Assembly (NCBI GenBank): GCA_964484045.1
Contig: CAZAEP010000001.1
Coordinates: forward strand, 11,634 to 75,633
Length of the DNA stretch: 64,000 nucleotides
From: an uncultured Sphingomonadales bacterium
Lineage (GTDB): Bacteria; Pseudomonadota; Alphaproteobacteria; Sphingomonadales; Rhodothalassiaceae
Direction of reading: 5' to 3'
In this document: one piece after another, positions 33,591 to 44,009 of the stretch
How the letters are laid out: each line of letters begins with the position of its first letter
Position numbering within the stretch: the stretch's first letter is position 1
Notes under the pieces: generated by a model
Seen by the model: only the letters and a program-made list of their open reading frames with translations
Told to the model about the DNA's origin: nothing
Databases searched by the model: none
Program-made: the position numbers and the translations under genes

Positions 33591-34307
33591 TCACGCCTGG
33601 GCTTCCAGGAAGCCCGCCAGATCCGTGACCTCGTGATCCACCGCGGCCGCCTCGTGATCGACCGCGCCCCAGGCATAGGCGGTCCTGAGCCACACCGTGG
33701 TCACCCCGCGCGCGGCCGCGGGTACGAGATTGCGCGCCATGTCCTCGATCATGGCCGCCCGCGCGGGCTCGATGGAAAAGGCGGCGAGGAAGCGATCGAA
33801 GCTCGAGGCCGCCGGCTTGGGCTCGTAATCGGCGGCGACGAGATCGAAGACCCCCTCGAAGAGATGGGCGATCTCGAGGCGCGCGAGCACGCGCTCGGCG
33901 TGCCGTGCCGAGCCGTTGGTGTAGACGATGCACCGCCCCCGCAGCCCCGCCAGCGCCCTGCCGAGGCGGGGATCGGGCGTGATCGCGTCGAGATCGACGT
34001 CGTGGACATGCGCCAGAAACGCCTCGGGCGCGACTCCGTGCTCGAGCATCAGTCCGCGCAAGGTCGTCCCATAGCGCAGGAAATAGTCCTTCTGAAGGCG
34101 CCGCGCCGTCGCCGCGTCGATGTCGAGCAGGTCGGCGATGAAGCCGCCCATACGGCGGTCGATCTGGGAAAAAAGCGCGCTCGTCGCCGGATAGAGCGTG
34201 TTGTCGAGATCGAAGATCCAGGTGTCGACATGCGCAAGAGCGGGCATCGCCGGCTCGCCTGTCGGCGGTTCGGCATGGGGGCCCTGGTCCTGTGCGTTGA
34301 TGTCCAT
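33591..34307 (-). CDS. HAD-superfamily hydrolase (pyrimidine 5'-nucleotidase type)
   Basis: HAD motif I is WIFDLDNTLY. The length is about 220-238 aa. The start is 34307 or ATG 34247. Confidence 0.8.
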   Translation of the reverse strand: MDINAQDQGPHAEPPTGEPAMPALAHVDTWIFDLDNTLYPATSALFSQIDRRMGGFIADLLDIDAATARRLQKDYFLRYGTTLRGLMLEHGVAPEAFLAHVHDVDLDAITPDPRLGRALAGLRGRCIVYTNGSARHAERVLARLEIAHLFEGVFDLVAADYEPKPAASSFDRFLAAFSIEPARAAMIEDMARNLVPAAARGVTTVWLRTAYAWGAVDHEAAAVDHEVTDLAGFLEAQA

Positions 34308-34370
34308 GTATTAAGGGCCCTTTAAGGCGCGAACATTACCTTCGGTCCATATGAACCGGATTTCGACCCC

Positions 34371-36080
34371 GTGCCGCAGCCGGATGTCAGGATGAAAGAG
34401 TGCGCCGCCCCGATCAAGGGGATATCCCCGCAGCGGCGCCGGCTCGTCGAGCGCGCCGAGGGCGCCGCGCTCCTTGCCCGCACCGACGGCGCCTGCGTCG
34501 CCTTCAATCCGGCGGCCCGGCCGCTGTGCGACGCCCTCGCCCGGCGCGACCCCGAATTGCGCGGCCTGCTGCTCGGCGCGGCCGCCGGCGGGCCGGTCAC
34601 GGGGCGAGTCGTCCTCGATCCGGAAAGCGAGACCCGGCGCGCCTTCGAGATCACCGTCGTGCCCCAGGAGCAGGACCTCTTCCTGATCTCCGCGCGCGAC
34701 GTGACGATGGAGGACAATCTCACCCGCGCGCTGCTCAAGAGCCGGGAACTGTACAAGGATCTGATGCACTGCTCGGCGGATTTCGGCTGGGAGACCGACG
34801 CCCGCGGCGTTTTCACCTATATCAGCCCCGGCGGCGCCCTCGGCTATTCGCCACGCGAGCTGTACGGCCAGTTCTCGCAGGCCATTCTCGGTCTGGCCGA
34901 TGCGGAATGCGACAATGTCTTCGTTGCCCGCAAGGCGCAGCGCGGAACGCGCATCTGGGTCCGCGCGCGCAACGGCGCCCGCGTGCTCCTCGCCGTCTCC
35001 GCGGTGCCGGTCCATGATCACCGTGGCAAATGGATCGGGGCGCGCGGCGTCGCCCGCGACATCACCCGCGAGCACGAACGCGACTCGACCCTGCGCCTCG
35101 AACAGGCCTGTCAGGCGCTGCTCGGCAGGATCGTCATCGCCATCCGCAGCGAGGTCGCGCCCGAGGAGATTCTCCGTGCCGCGGCGGAATCGGCGGCGCA
35201 GGCCCTGCGGGCGGAGGTCTCGGTGCTCCTCTCCCGCACCGGTCGGGACGGGCCGGAGATCGTGGCGCCGCTGCGCGGACCCGAGGATCTGCACGCGATC
35301 GCCTTCGGCGCGCTCGAAGAGCACGGGAGGGACGAGGCCGACGAGGTCAGCGTGCAGCTCGGCGTCGGCGATCGCCACTGTCTGAGCGCCTGCGTGGCGG
35401 CGAGCGAGCATTTGCGCGCCGCGCTCGTCTTTGCCCGCGACACCGACGCCGAACCCTGGCGCGCGCACGAAATCGAGCTTGTGCACGGCGTGGCCGGCCA
35501 TCTCGCCCTCGCCCTCAAGCAGGCGGACATGCTGGAGCGTCTCGAGGCCCTGTCGCGCCACGACGACCTCACCGGCCTGCTCAATCGCCGGGCGCTGATG
35601 GCCGAACTCACGGCCCGGCTGGCGCACCATCGCCGGCACGGGCATCCGGGCTGCCTGTTGCTCATCGACCTCGACCATTTCAAGGCTCTCAACGACACCC
35701 ACGGCCATGGCGCCGGCGACGCCGCCCTGCGCGCCCTCGGCGCGCTGCTCGGGCAGGAGACCCGCCCCGGCGATCTCGCCGCGCGTCTCGGCGGCGACGA
35801 ATTCGCCCTGTGGCTCGACGAAACCGATGCCGCGGGTGCGGTGGCCATGGCCGAACGCCTGCTCGCGTCGCTCGACAAACTGCGCCTGGCCGCCGGCGCG
35901 CCGGATGCGAAGCTGTCGATGTCGATCGGCATCGCCGCCTTCGATCGCGAGCGCGACCGCGAGCCGGAAGCCATTATCGCCGCCGCCGACGCGGCGCTTT
36001 ACGACGCCAAGCGTCGGGGGCGCGCGCGCTATTCACTGGCCACACCCACCTCATCGAAGCGGAAACGCAGGACAGCATGA
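34371..36080 (+). CDS. PAS/GAF sensor diguanylate cyclase (GGDEF)
   Basis: The intact GGDEF is at 35790..35804. An RxxD I-site (RPGD, 35763..35774) lies 5 residues upstream. The start is GTG 34371 or ATG 34392. Confidence 0.85.
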   Translation: MPQPDVRMKECAAPIKGISPQRRRLVERAEGAALLARTDGACVAFNPAARPLCDALARRDPELRGLLLGAAAGGPVTGRVVLDPESETRRAFEITVVPQEQDLFLISARDVTMEDNLTRALLKSRELYKDLMHCSADFGWETDARGVFTYISPGGALGYSPRELYGQFSQAILGLADAECDNVFVARKAQRGTRIWVRARNGARVLLAVSAVPVHDHRGKWIGARGVARDITREHERDSTLRLEQACQALLGRIVIAIRSEVAPEEILRAAAESAAQALRAEVSVLLSRTGRDGPEIVAPLRGPEDLHAIAFGALEEHGRDEADEVSVQLGVGDRHCLSACVAASEHLRAALVFARDTDAEPWRAHEIELVHGVAGHLALALKQADMLERLEALSRHDDLTGLLNRRALMAELTARLAHHRRHGHPGCLLLIDLDHFKALNDTHGHGAGDAALRALGALLGQETRPGDLAARLGGDEFALWLDETDAAGAVAMAERLLASLDKLRLAAGAPDAKLSMSIGIAAFDRERDREPEAIIAAADAALYDAKRRGRARYSLATPTSSKRKRRTA

Positions 36081-37315
36081 CACAGAACAGCCGGAGCCTC
36101 GCCGGAGACCCACGCTATCTCGCCGCGCGCGAGGCGCTCGAAAGGGGCGACCTCAAGAGCCGTCGCAAGCTGGCGCACGGCGGGGATACGCACCCCGAGA
36201 TCCTCTATTATCTCGCCGAGGACAGCGATGCGGAGGTGCGCCGCGCGGTCGCCGGCAATCCGGCCACGCCGCACCAGGCCGATTCCCTGCTCACCGCCGA
36301 CCCCGACGACGAGGTGCGGGTCGAGCTCGCACGCAAGATCTCGCGTCTCGTGCCGGGGCTTTCGGAACAGGAGAATGTGCGCCTGCGGGAACGCACGCTG
36401 GCCATTCTCGAAACGCTGGCCAATGACACGCTGCCCAGGGTGCGCGCCATCGTCGCCGAGGAGATCAAGCGCTCCGACGTTGTTCCCAAGGGGCTGGTGC
36501 GCAAGCTCGCGCAGGACGTGGAAGAGATCGTCTGCTGCCCGATTCTCGAATATTCACCGCTCCTCAATGACGACGATCTGCGCGAGATCATCGCCGCCGG
36601 AATCAGCGAGGGAGCGCTTGTCGCCATCGCCCGGCGCGACGGCATCGGCGAGGAGGTCAGCGACGATATCGCCGCCACCCTCGAGATCCCGGCGGTCGCC
36701 GCCCTGCTCGCCAATCCCAGCGCCCAGATTCGCGAGGACACGCTCGACCGCATCATCGAGCAGGCGCGCGATACCATGGAGCTGCACAAGCCGCTGGCGC
36801 TGCGTCCCGCCCTCTCGGTGCGGGCCATGAAGCGGATCGCCGGCTTCGTCGCCAGCGCGCTCGTGCATCACATGCTCGAGCGCAACCCCATTGCCGAGAC
36901 GGTGGCCGAGGACATCCTCGAGCGCGTGCGCGAACGCATCGCCAGCGAGCGCGTCGGCGATGAAGAGGAGAAGCGGCTGGCCCGGCAGGCGCGAAAATTC
37001 CATGATCGCGGCATGCTCGACGATGCCTTCGTCACCGACGCCATCGACAACAATCGCCGCGAGCTCCTGATCCAGTGCCTCGCCATCATGGCCGAGATCC
37101 CGGTCAAGACCGTGCGTGACATCCTGGCCTCGAAAAGCGGTCGCGCCGTCACCGCGCTGGCCTGGTCGGCCGGGCTCTCGATGCGCACCGCGTTCAAGAT
37201 GCAGACCGAACTCGCCCTCGTCTCGCCTTCACAGCTCGTGCCCGCAAAGGACGGGATCGACTACCCGATGGAGGAAAGCGAGCTCGTCTGGCAATTGAGC
37301 TATTTCACCGACTGA
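36077..37315 (+). CDS. HEAT-like repeat protein (DUF2336-type)
   Basis: ATG 36077 overlaps the cyclase TGA (ATGA). It is 412 aa and all-helical, with repeated ...EVRRAVAGNPATP... and ...EVRVELARKI... units. The DUF2336 assignment is from memory. Confidence 0.7.
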   Translation: MTQNSRSLAGDPRYLAAREALERGDLKSRRKLAHGGDTHPEILYYLAEDSDAEVRRAVAGNPATPHQADSLLTADPDDEVRVELARKISRLVPGLSEQENVRLRERTLAILETLANDTLPRVRAIVAEEIKRSDVVPKGLVRKLAQDVEEIVCCPILEYSPLLNDDDLREIIAAGISEGALVAIARRDGIGEEVSDDIAATLEIPAVAALLANPSAQIREDTLDRIIEQARDTMELHKPLALRPALSVRAMKRIAGFVASALVHHMLERNPIAETVAEDILERVRERIASERVGDEEEKRLARQARKFHDRGMLDDAFVTDAIDNNRRELLIQCLAIMAEIPVKTVRDILASKSGRAVTALAWSAGLSMRTAFKMQTELALVSPSQLVPAKDGIDYPMEESELVWQLSYFTD

Positions 37316-37324
37316 GCCGGGGTC

Positions 37325-38245
<921 letters not shown>

Positions 38246-38266
38246 GGGCTTGTGTCTCCTTCCTGA

Positions 38267-39136
38267 TCAAACGGTGTAGTCGTCGGGCCGTTGCGGCTCG
38301 GGTTCGGAAATCCCCTGCCACCCGACGGAGCGGTACATCACGCGCGCGCCGGGCGGGACGCTCTTCGTCAGCCACACATTGCCGCCGATGACGGCGCCGC
38401 GGCCGATCACGGTGTCGCCGCCGAGAATGGTGGCGTTGGAATAGATGACGACGTCGTCCTCGATCGTCGGGTGGCGCTTCCTGTCCTTGAATTCGCGCTT
38501 CACGCTCAGGGCGCCGAGCGTGACTCCCTGGTAGATCTTGACATTGTCGCCGATCACGGTCGTCTCGCCGATCACCACGGAGGTGCCGTGGTCGATGAAA
38601 AAGCGCCGCCCGATCACCGCGCCGGGGTGAATGTCGATGCCGGTGAGACGGTGGGCGTATTCGCTCATCAGGCGGGGCAGCAGCTCCACCCCCTCCTGCA
38701 CCAGAAGATGCGCCAGGCGATAGCTGGCCACCGCATAGACGCTGGGGTAGGAGAGGATGACCTCATCCAGCGAATCCGCCGCCGGGTCGCCGTCGAGCGC
38801 CGCTTCGGCGTCGAGACGGGCAAGCTCCGCGATCTCCGGCAGGCCGGCGACAAAGCGCCGCGTGATCCCCTCCGCCTTGGCGCAAAGCTCGGGCATGGCC
38901 TCGCACAGGACGTAGCGCAGGCGGCCGGTGAGCTGCACCAGCCGGGCCTCGATCTCGCGCGCCGATTTGGGACGGCAGCGGGCAAGCTGCGGAAAGAGAA
39001 GGCCGAGGCAGTCCTCGAGAAAGGCGCCCGCCTCGTCCATGTGGATATCGGGCACCTGGCCGAAACTCTGATGATGCGCCATCAGGCGGCCAGCGACCGC
39101 GTAGACGTCGCGCTGCGGTGCGGGGTCGTCGGGCAT
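38267..39136 (-). CDS. cysE: Serine O-acetyltransferase
   Basis: The hexapeptide-repeat C-terminus is GTSVVIGETTVIGDNVKIYQGVTLG...GRGAVIGGNVW. It lies directly upstream of cysK. ATG 39136 is taken as the start. Confidence 0.85.
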   Translation of the reverse strand: MPDDPAPQRDVYAVAGRLMAHHQSFGQVPDIHMDEAGAFLEDCLGLLFPQLARCRPKSAREIEARLVQLTGRLRYVLCEAMPELCAKAEGITRRFVAGLPEIAELARLDAEAALDGDPAADSLDEVILSYPSVYAVASYRLAHLLVQEGVELLPRLMSEYAHRLTGIDIHPGAVIGRRFFIDHGTSVVIGETTVIGDNVKIYQGVTLGALSVKREFKDRKRHPTIEDDVVIYSNATILGGDTVIGRGAVIGGNVWLTKSVPPGARVMYRSVGWQGISEPEPQRPDDYTV

Positions 39137-39254
39137 GATCTGTCGGCTCCTCGGGCAATATGCGTGCCTCGGACACGCTCTTCGTTTCACGCGCCCCCGG
39201 CTTTACTAAGGGGCTCCACCACGACGCTTCAAGACGCGACGGACGCCGCTCACG

Positions 39255-40007
39255 TCAGTGTGAGGTTTCCGCCGCGACGGCGCCCACCGCCTCGTGATAC
39301 ACCGGATCCGCCCGCATCAGCTCTTCGGAGCGGTCGATGACGCGGCGCTCGACCTCGGCCATGAACGCCGCCTTGTCGGTAAGATGCGGCAAGGGCGGGC
39401 CGATCTCGTAGATCACGGTCCCCGGACGCCGCGTCATCGAGCCCTTGGGCCAGTGGAGGCCGGAATTGGTGGCCATCGGGATCACCGGAAGGCTGCCGTC
39501 CAACTGCAGATAGAAAGCGCCGCTCTTGAGCTTGAGACGCGCACCCGGGCGCGCCCGCGTTCCCTCCGGATAGACGATCAGCGGCCGCCGCTGCGCCTTG
39601 ATCCGGCGCACCACGTCGGGCATGACCTGATGCGCCGTCCCGGCCTGCCGGTCGACGCGCACGATGCCGAGCTTGCGCAGAATCGTGCCGATGAAGGGAA
39701 TCGCGAACAGCTCCTTCTTCGCCAGCGCCGTCATGTTCGGCATGAGATAGAAGCCGACGATCGGGTCGAGATAGGACATATGCTTGGCGACGATCAGCGC
39801 CGCATCGCCGCGCGGCAGGTGCTCCTGCCCGCGAATCTCGATGCGGATGCCGGCGATGACCCGCGCGAGCCAGAAGACGATGCGCGCATAAAGAACGATG
39901 CCGCGCGCGAGGGCCTCGCGCCCGGGCAGCGGAATGGTGAACAGGAGCCCGGCCGCCCACAGGGTGGTAAAACCGTAAAAGCAGATATCGAAGAGCACGG
40001 ATCGCAC
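39255..40007 (-). CDS. plsC: 1-acyl-sn-glycerol-3-phosphate acyltransferase
   Basis: It has the HX4D motif AKHMSYLDP and the YPEGTR motif. The likely start is GTG 40007 (AAGAGG upstream); the track TTG 40112 extension is unconvincing. Confidence 0.8.
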   Translation of the reverse strand: MRSVLFDICFYGFTTLWAAGLLFTIPLPGREALARGIVLYARIVFWLARVIAGIRIEIRGQEHLPRGDAALIVAKHMSYLDPIVGFYLMPNMTALAKKELFAIPFIGTILRKLGIVRVDRQAGTAHQVMPDVVRRIKAQRRPLIVYPEGTRARPGARLKLKSGAFYLQLDGSLPVIPMATNSGLHWPKGSMTRRPGTVIYEIGPPLPHLTDKAAFMAEVERRVIDRSEELMRADPVYHEAVGAVAAETSH

Positions 40008-40086
40008 GGGTCTGCCAGCCTCTTCTCGCGCGCCGCCTCGCACGGCACCGGAGCTACAGTCGGTAGAAATGCGGTGACGCGCCGTC

Positions 40087-40125
40087 AAGCAAATGTTTCT
40101 CGGCGGCGGCAAAGCAAATGTTTCT
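40087..40125. repeat. 14-bp perfect direct repeat AAGCAAATGTTTCT (x2, period 25) upstream of the kinase leader
   Basis: Copies lie at 40087..40100 and 40112..40125. They are AT-rich in a GC-rich context and sit just 5' of the SD at 40127..40136. Confidence 0.9.
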
Positions 40126-40140
40126 TAAAAGGAGAGTGTC

Positions 40141-40167
40141 ATGGTAATGCAAACCCATCGCAAATGA
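40141..40167 (+). promoter_or_regulatory. Candidate 8-codon leader uORF (MVMQTHRK) translationally coupled to the downstream kinase
   Basis: AAAAGGAGAG (SD) ends 4 nt before ATG 40141. The uORF TGA (40165..40167) overlaps the kinase ATG (40164..40166). The kinase ATG has no SD of its own. Confidence 0.35.
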
Positions 40168-42092
40168 CGAGGATGATGCAGCAGGGTCCCGGAAAAGGCG
40201 GCGTCGGCTTCTGGCGGGATCATCCCCCGATCCCCACCGCCGTGACGCTCGCGATCGTCTATCTGGCGCTGCATTTCGCACTCGATCTCCACGCGCACAG
40301 TTTCATCACGTCCCTGCGGATCACGCCCTGGTACCCGCCGATGGGGTTCGCGCTCGGCGCCCTGCTCATTTGCGGACGGTGGCTTTATCCCGTCGTCACC
40401 ATCGCCTTCTTCCTCGGCAGCCTGTTCGTCTGGCAGAGCGATTCGGTCGTGCCGGTGATCATCCTCTCGCCCCTGATCAAGGCGGCGGCGGCCACCATCG
40501 GTGCGGAGCTGCTTCGCGACCGTCGGCGCCTGCGGGGCCCGCGATGGACGCTCAACGACGTCGGCGCCTTTCTCGCGGTGGCGACGCTCGTCGCCTTCTT
40601 CTCCGGCACCGCCAATTTCGGGCTGTGGGCCCTGTTCGGCATCCCCTCCCAAGGCGACTATGTGCCGCATCTCATCATCTGGATCCTCGGAGACCTCCTC
40701 GGACTGACGATCGTCGCGCCCGTCCTGCTCGTGACCGTCGCCCCGGCGATCATCGCCTTCAAGCGCGCGGCTCCGCGCACGGTCCTGCGCGGACTCCTGC
40801 CCGTCATGCGGATCCGGCCGCGGCAGGCGGTCGAGCTCATTCTCTTTCTTGCGCTGACGCTGGCCATCGTCTATCTCGCCTTCCTCTCCCGCGCCGCCCT
40901 CACGCACACCCTCTATTTCCTGTGTTTCCTGCCCGTCCTGTGGGCGGTCCTGCGGTTCGGGTTCACCGGGGCCGTGCTCACCGTGGCGGCGATCGACATC
41001 GCGGCCCTGATTCTCACGCTCTACGGCGCCCATCCGCGGCTGACGGCGATGCGGCACGGGGACTTGGAGATTTTTCAGCTCTTCATCGTCGTTCTCGCGC
41101 TCATCGGCTATGTCCTGGGCGCCGCCATCGACAGCCTCGACGCCGTGCGCCGGGCACTGGCGAAACAGACGAGCATGCTGGAAGATACGGTGCTGGAGCG
41201 CACGCGGGCGCTGGCGGTCGAAAACGAGGAGCGCCGCCGCGCGGAGGCCAAGCTCAAGCGTGCGAACGAGCTGCTGGAAGAACGGGTGGCGGAGCGTACG
41301 CGGGCACTGATGATGGAGAAAGTGCGTGCCGAGGAGGCCAATCGCGCCAAGACCCGCTTCCTGCAGAACATGAGCCACGAGCTCCGGACGCCGCTCAATG
41401 CCATCGTCGGCTTCGCCGAGATCATCGAGCGGCAGTTGCTGGGGCATCTCGGCAATCCGCGATACCGCGACTACGCCTCCGACATCGCCGCGTCGGGACG
41501 CCATCTCGCCGAACTCGTGGGCGATCTTCTCGATATCGCCTCGCTCGAGGCCGGCGACAGTCCCCTTCACATCGCGCCAACGCCGCTCGCCAAAGTGATC
41601 GAGGACGCCCTGCGGATGGCCGAGATCCGGGCGGCCGAGAAGGGCTGTACGATCGAAATCGCGGGGGGACCGCAGGAGGCGCTCCGCGTCCTCGGCGATC
41701 ACCGCCGTCTGGTGCAGGTCATGCTCAACCTGCTGAGCAATGCGATCCGCTTTTCACCGCCCGGAGAGACCGTCCGCATCGGCGCACGGCCGCACGGCGG
41801 GGAGGTCGAGATCAGCATCACCGATCACGGCCAGGGAATCGCCCCCGAGGACGTGCCGCATCTCTTCGAGCGCTTCTGGCGTTCGCGTGCGAGCCTCGTT
41901 TCCTCCGACGAGGGCATCGGGCTCGGCCTCGCCATCGTCAAGATGCTGGTCGAGCAGCATGGCGGACGCATCACGGTCGAAAGCCGGCCGGGGGCCGGCA
42001 CCACGATCCGCGTCTTCCTGCCGATGTCTCCCGCGACGCACGACCCGCAGGCGCCGGCGAAAGACGCGCCGGCACGACAGAAGCCGGGATGA
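40164..42092 (+). CDS. Sensor histidine kinase with polytopic (MASE1-like) membrane domain
   Basis: About 8 hydrophobic segments are followed by a coiled coil. The H-box is RFLQNMSHELRTPLNAIVGF. ATPase boxes are NLLSNAIRFSP, DHGQGI and GIGLGLAIV. The track ORF start 39294 is antisense read-through of plsC. Confidence 0.85.
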   Translation: MTRMMQQGPGKGGVGFWRDHPPIPTAVTLAIVYLALHFALDLHAHSFITSLRITPWYPPMGFALGALLICGRWLYPVVTIAFFLGSLFVWQSDSVVPVIILSPLIKAAAATIGAELLRDRRRLRGPRWTLNDVGAFLAVATLVAFFSGTANFGLWALFGIPSQGDYVPHLIIWILGDLLGLTIVAPVLLVTVAPAIIAFKRAAPRTVLRGLLPVMRIRPRQAVELILFLALTLAIVYLAFLSRAALTHTLYFLCFLPVLWAVLRFGFTGAVLTVAAIDIAALILTLYGAHPRLTAMRHGDLEIFQLFIVVLALIGYVLGAAIDSLDAVRRALAKQTSMLEDTVLERTRALAVENEERRRAEAKLKRANELLEERVAERTRALMMEKVRAEEANRAKTRFLQNMSHELRTPLNAIVGFAEIIERQLLGHLGNPRYRDYASDIAASGRHLAELVGDLLDIASLEAGDSPLHIAPTPLAKVIEDALRMAEIRAAEKGCTIEIAGGPQEALRVLGDHRRLVQVMLNLLSNAIRFSPPGETVRIGARPHGGEVEISITDHGQGIAPEDVPHLFERFWRSRASLVSSDEGIGLGLAIVKMLVEQHGGRITVESRPGAGTTIRVFLPMSPATHDPQAPAKDAPARQKPG

Positions 42093-42151
42093 GCGCCCAC
42101 CGGCCGCGCGCCGGGGCCCCCGGGCCCCGCCCGGGTCCCGTCACACGCGGA

Positions 42152-42176
42152 AGAGCGACGCCGACGGCGTCGCTCT
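42152..42176. terminator. Candidate bidirectional terminator between the convergent kinase and rpsU genes
   Basis: A perfect 11-bp stem pairs AGAGCGACGCC (42152..42162) with GGCGTCGCTCT (42166..42176), with a 3-nt loop. It lies in the 112-nt convergent gap. No U-tract is present on either side. Confidence 0.45.
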
Positions 42177-42204
42177 GGCGGTCAATGAAGGAAAAGGGTG
42201 CGCG

Positions 42205-42411
42205 TCAGCGAATGCCGTCGCGCTCGAGGCGCTTGCGCTCGAGCTTGCGTGCGCGACGGATGGCGGCCGCCTGCTCGCGGGCCCGGCGCTCCGAGGGCTT
42301 CTCATAAAAACGCCGCAGCTTCATCTCGCGATAGATGCCTTCCCGCTGCAGCTTTTTCTTCAGCGCCCGGAGCGCCTGATCGATGTTGTTGTCGCGTACC
42401 GTCACCTGCAT
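42205..42411 (-). CDS. rpsU: 30S ribosomal protein S21
   Basis: It is 68 aa, beginning [43 protein letters not shown]. The SD GGAGAG lies upstream. Confidence 0.95.
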   Translation of the reverse strand: MQVTVRDNNIDQALRALKKKLQREGIYREMKLRRFYEKPSERRAREQAAAIRRARKLERKRLERDGIR

Positions 42412-42426
42412 ATGCCGGCTCTCTCC

Positions 42427-42457
42427 TTCGCCAAATCCCGTATTCGCCAAATCCCGT
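42427..42457. repeat. Tandem duplication of a 15-nt unit (TTCGCCAAATCCCGT, period 16) in the rpsU 5' leader region
   Basis: Copies lie at 42427..42441 and 42443..42457, 16-46 nt upstream of the rpsU ATG on the minus strand, abutting the SD. Confidence 0.9.
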
Positions 42458-42748
42458 CCGTTTCGCCCGAAGCGAACACGCGCGAACAAGACACGGCGCC
42501 CGCCCACACACAATCGCGCTCCGCACAACAAAGGCGCGCTCCGCATAGCAGAGGCGGTGCGGCGCGGCAAGCGCCTTTCCTCATCTTTTCGCGCCCCTTC
42601 CCCCGCCCTTCGAGTCGGAACCGGGAGAAAGGCCGCGCTCTCATACGTCAATATAGCATCGCGGCGGCCGGAATCAAAGGACACGCCTTGTTTGCATGGC
42701 GTTCCGGGCGTAACGTCGCATGCCCGGGACGGTCTTGCGGAGACGCGG

Positions 42749-43408
42749 ATGGCGACGGCAAGGGAGGCGCACATGGATCTCGACCGGGACGCAATTCTCG
42801 AGGCGGCGCTTGCCCATGTGCCCTTCGACGGCTGGAATGTGCGCGCGCTCGAGCGCGGGGCCGCCGACCTCGGCCTTGCGCCGGCGGTCGTCCGACTCGC
42901 CTTTCCCGGGGGCGGCATCGACGCCCTCGCCTGTTTCATCGCCCGCAGCGACCGGCGGATGTGCGCGGCGCTCGAGGCGCATGATCTCGCCGCGATGCGC
43001 ATTCGCGAACGCATCGTCACCGCCATCCGCCTGCGACTCGAAGAGGTGGCGCCGCATCGCGAGGCGGTGCGTCGCGCCGTCGCCCTGCTCGCCCTGCCGC
43101 AGCATGCCGAGTTCGCGGCACGCAGCCTGTGGCGCACCGCCGATCTCATCTGGCGCGCCGCCGGCGATCGCGCAACGGACTACAATTACTACACGAAACG
43201 TCTCATTCTCGTCGGCGTCTATTCGAGCACGCTTGTCGTCTGGATCGGTGACGAGACGCCGGACCTCGCCGCCACCCGGGCCTTTCTCGAGCGCCGCATC
43301 GACAATGTGATGCAGTTCGAAAAGGCGAAGGCTGCCTGGCGCAAGGGGGCGCGGAACCTGCCGTCTCTCGCCCGCTTTCTCGGCCGCCTGCGTTATCCGG
43401 TGCGCTGA
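42749..43408 (+). CDS. COQ9-like protein (the 'rpsU-divergently transcribed' family)
   Basis: It is divergent from rpsU. Motifs are [29 protein letters not shown] and [22 protein letters not shown]. The start is ATG 42749 or 42773. Confidence 0.8.
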   Translation: MATAREAHMDLDRDAILEAALAHVPFDGWNVRALERGAADLGLAPAVVRLAFPGGGIDALACFIARSDRRMCAALEAHDLAAMRIRERIVTAIRLRLEEVAPHREAVRRAVALLALPQHAEFAARSLWRTADLIWRAAGDRATDYNYYTKRLILVGVYSSTLVVWIGDETPDLAATRAFLERRIDNVMQFEKAKAAWRKGARNLPSLARFLGRLRYPVR

Positions 43409-43992
43409 GGCGGCGGCGGACGGCGGGCGGCGAGAATCGCGCTCAGCCGCGCCTCCTGGCGGGCGAACAGATCGGCGACGGCCGCCATGTCGTCGAGCCC
43501 GCGGGCGAGAACGATGCCGCCCTCGACGGCGGCCAGGGTCTCCCCGGCGAGCTGCCGCGCATGCGCCTCGCGCACGCCGCCGCGGGCAAGGCAGCCCGCG
43601 AGCGCAGCGCGCCAAGCGCGGTAGAAGCCGCGGATGCGGGCGCGAAAGAGATCGCGATCGGAACCCAGCGCCAGCAGGGCGTAAAGCGACGTTCCCGCCC
43701 CCTCCCTCATGTCCTGCCGCAAGGCGTCGAACATCGCGCGCACCGCATGGAGCGGATCGGGATCCTTCTCCAGCGGCGCGAAGACGCGGTCCCCGAACCG
43801 CGCCGCCGTGGCATCGAGCACGGCTTCCGCCATCGCGCGCTTGCCGCCGGGGAAGGCGTGATAGAGGCTGCCCTTGCCGAGCCCGGTGGCGGCGCCGATG
43901 GCGGCGAGCGAGGCGCCGGCATAGCCATGGGCGTGGAAGACATGCGCAAGGCGGGCAATCATCTCCTCGCGGCTCAGTCGGGCAACGGCCAT
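43393..43992 (-). CDS. TetR-family transcriptional regulator
   Basis: It is 199 aa. The N-terminal HTH is GYAGASLAAIGAATGLGKGSLYHAF. Its 3' end overlaps the COQ9-like gene by 16 nt (convergent). Confidence 0.85.
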   Translation of the reverse strand: MAVARLSREEMIARLAHVFHAHGYAGASLAAIGAATGLGKGSLYHAFPGGKRAMAEAVLDATAARFGDRVFAPLEKDPDPLHAVRAMFDALRQDMREGAGTSLYALLALGSDRDLFRARIRGFYRAWRAALAGCLARGGVREAHARQLAGETLAAVEGGIVLARGLDDMAAVADLFARQEARLSAILAARRPPPPQRTG

Positions 43993-44009
43993 CGTCCCGC
44001 CCCCTCTGC

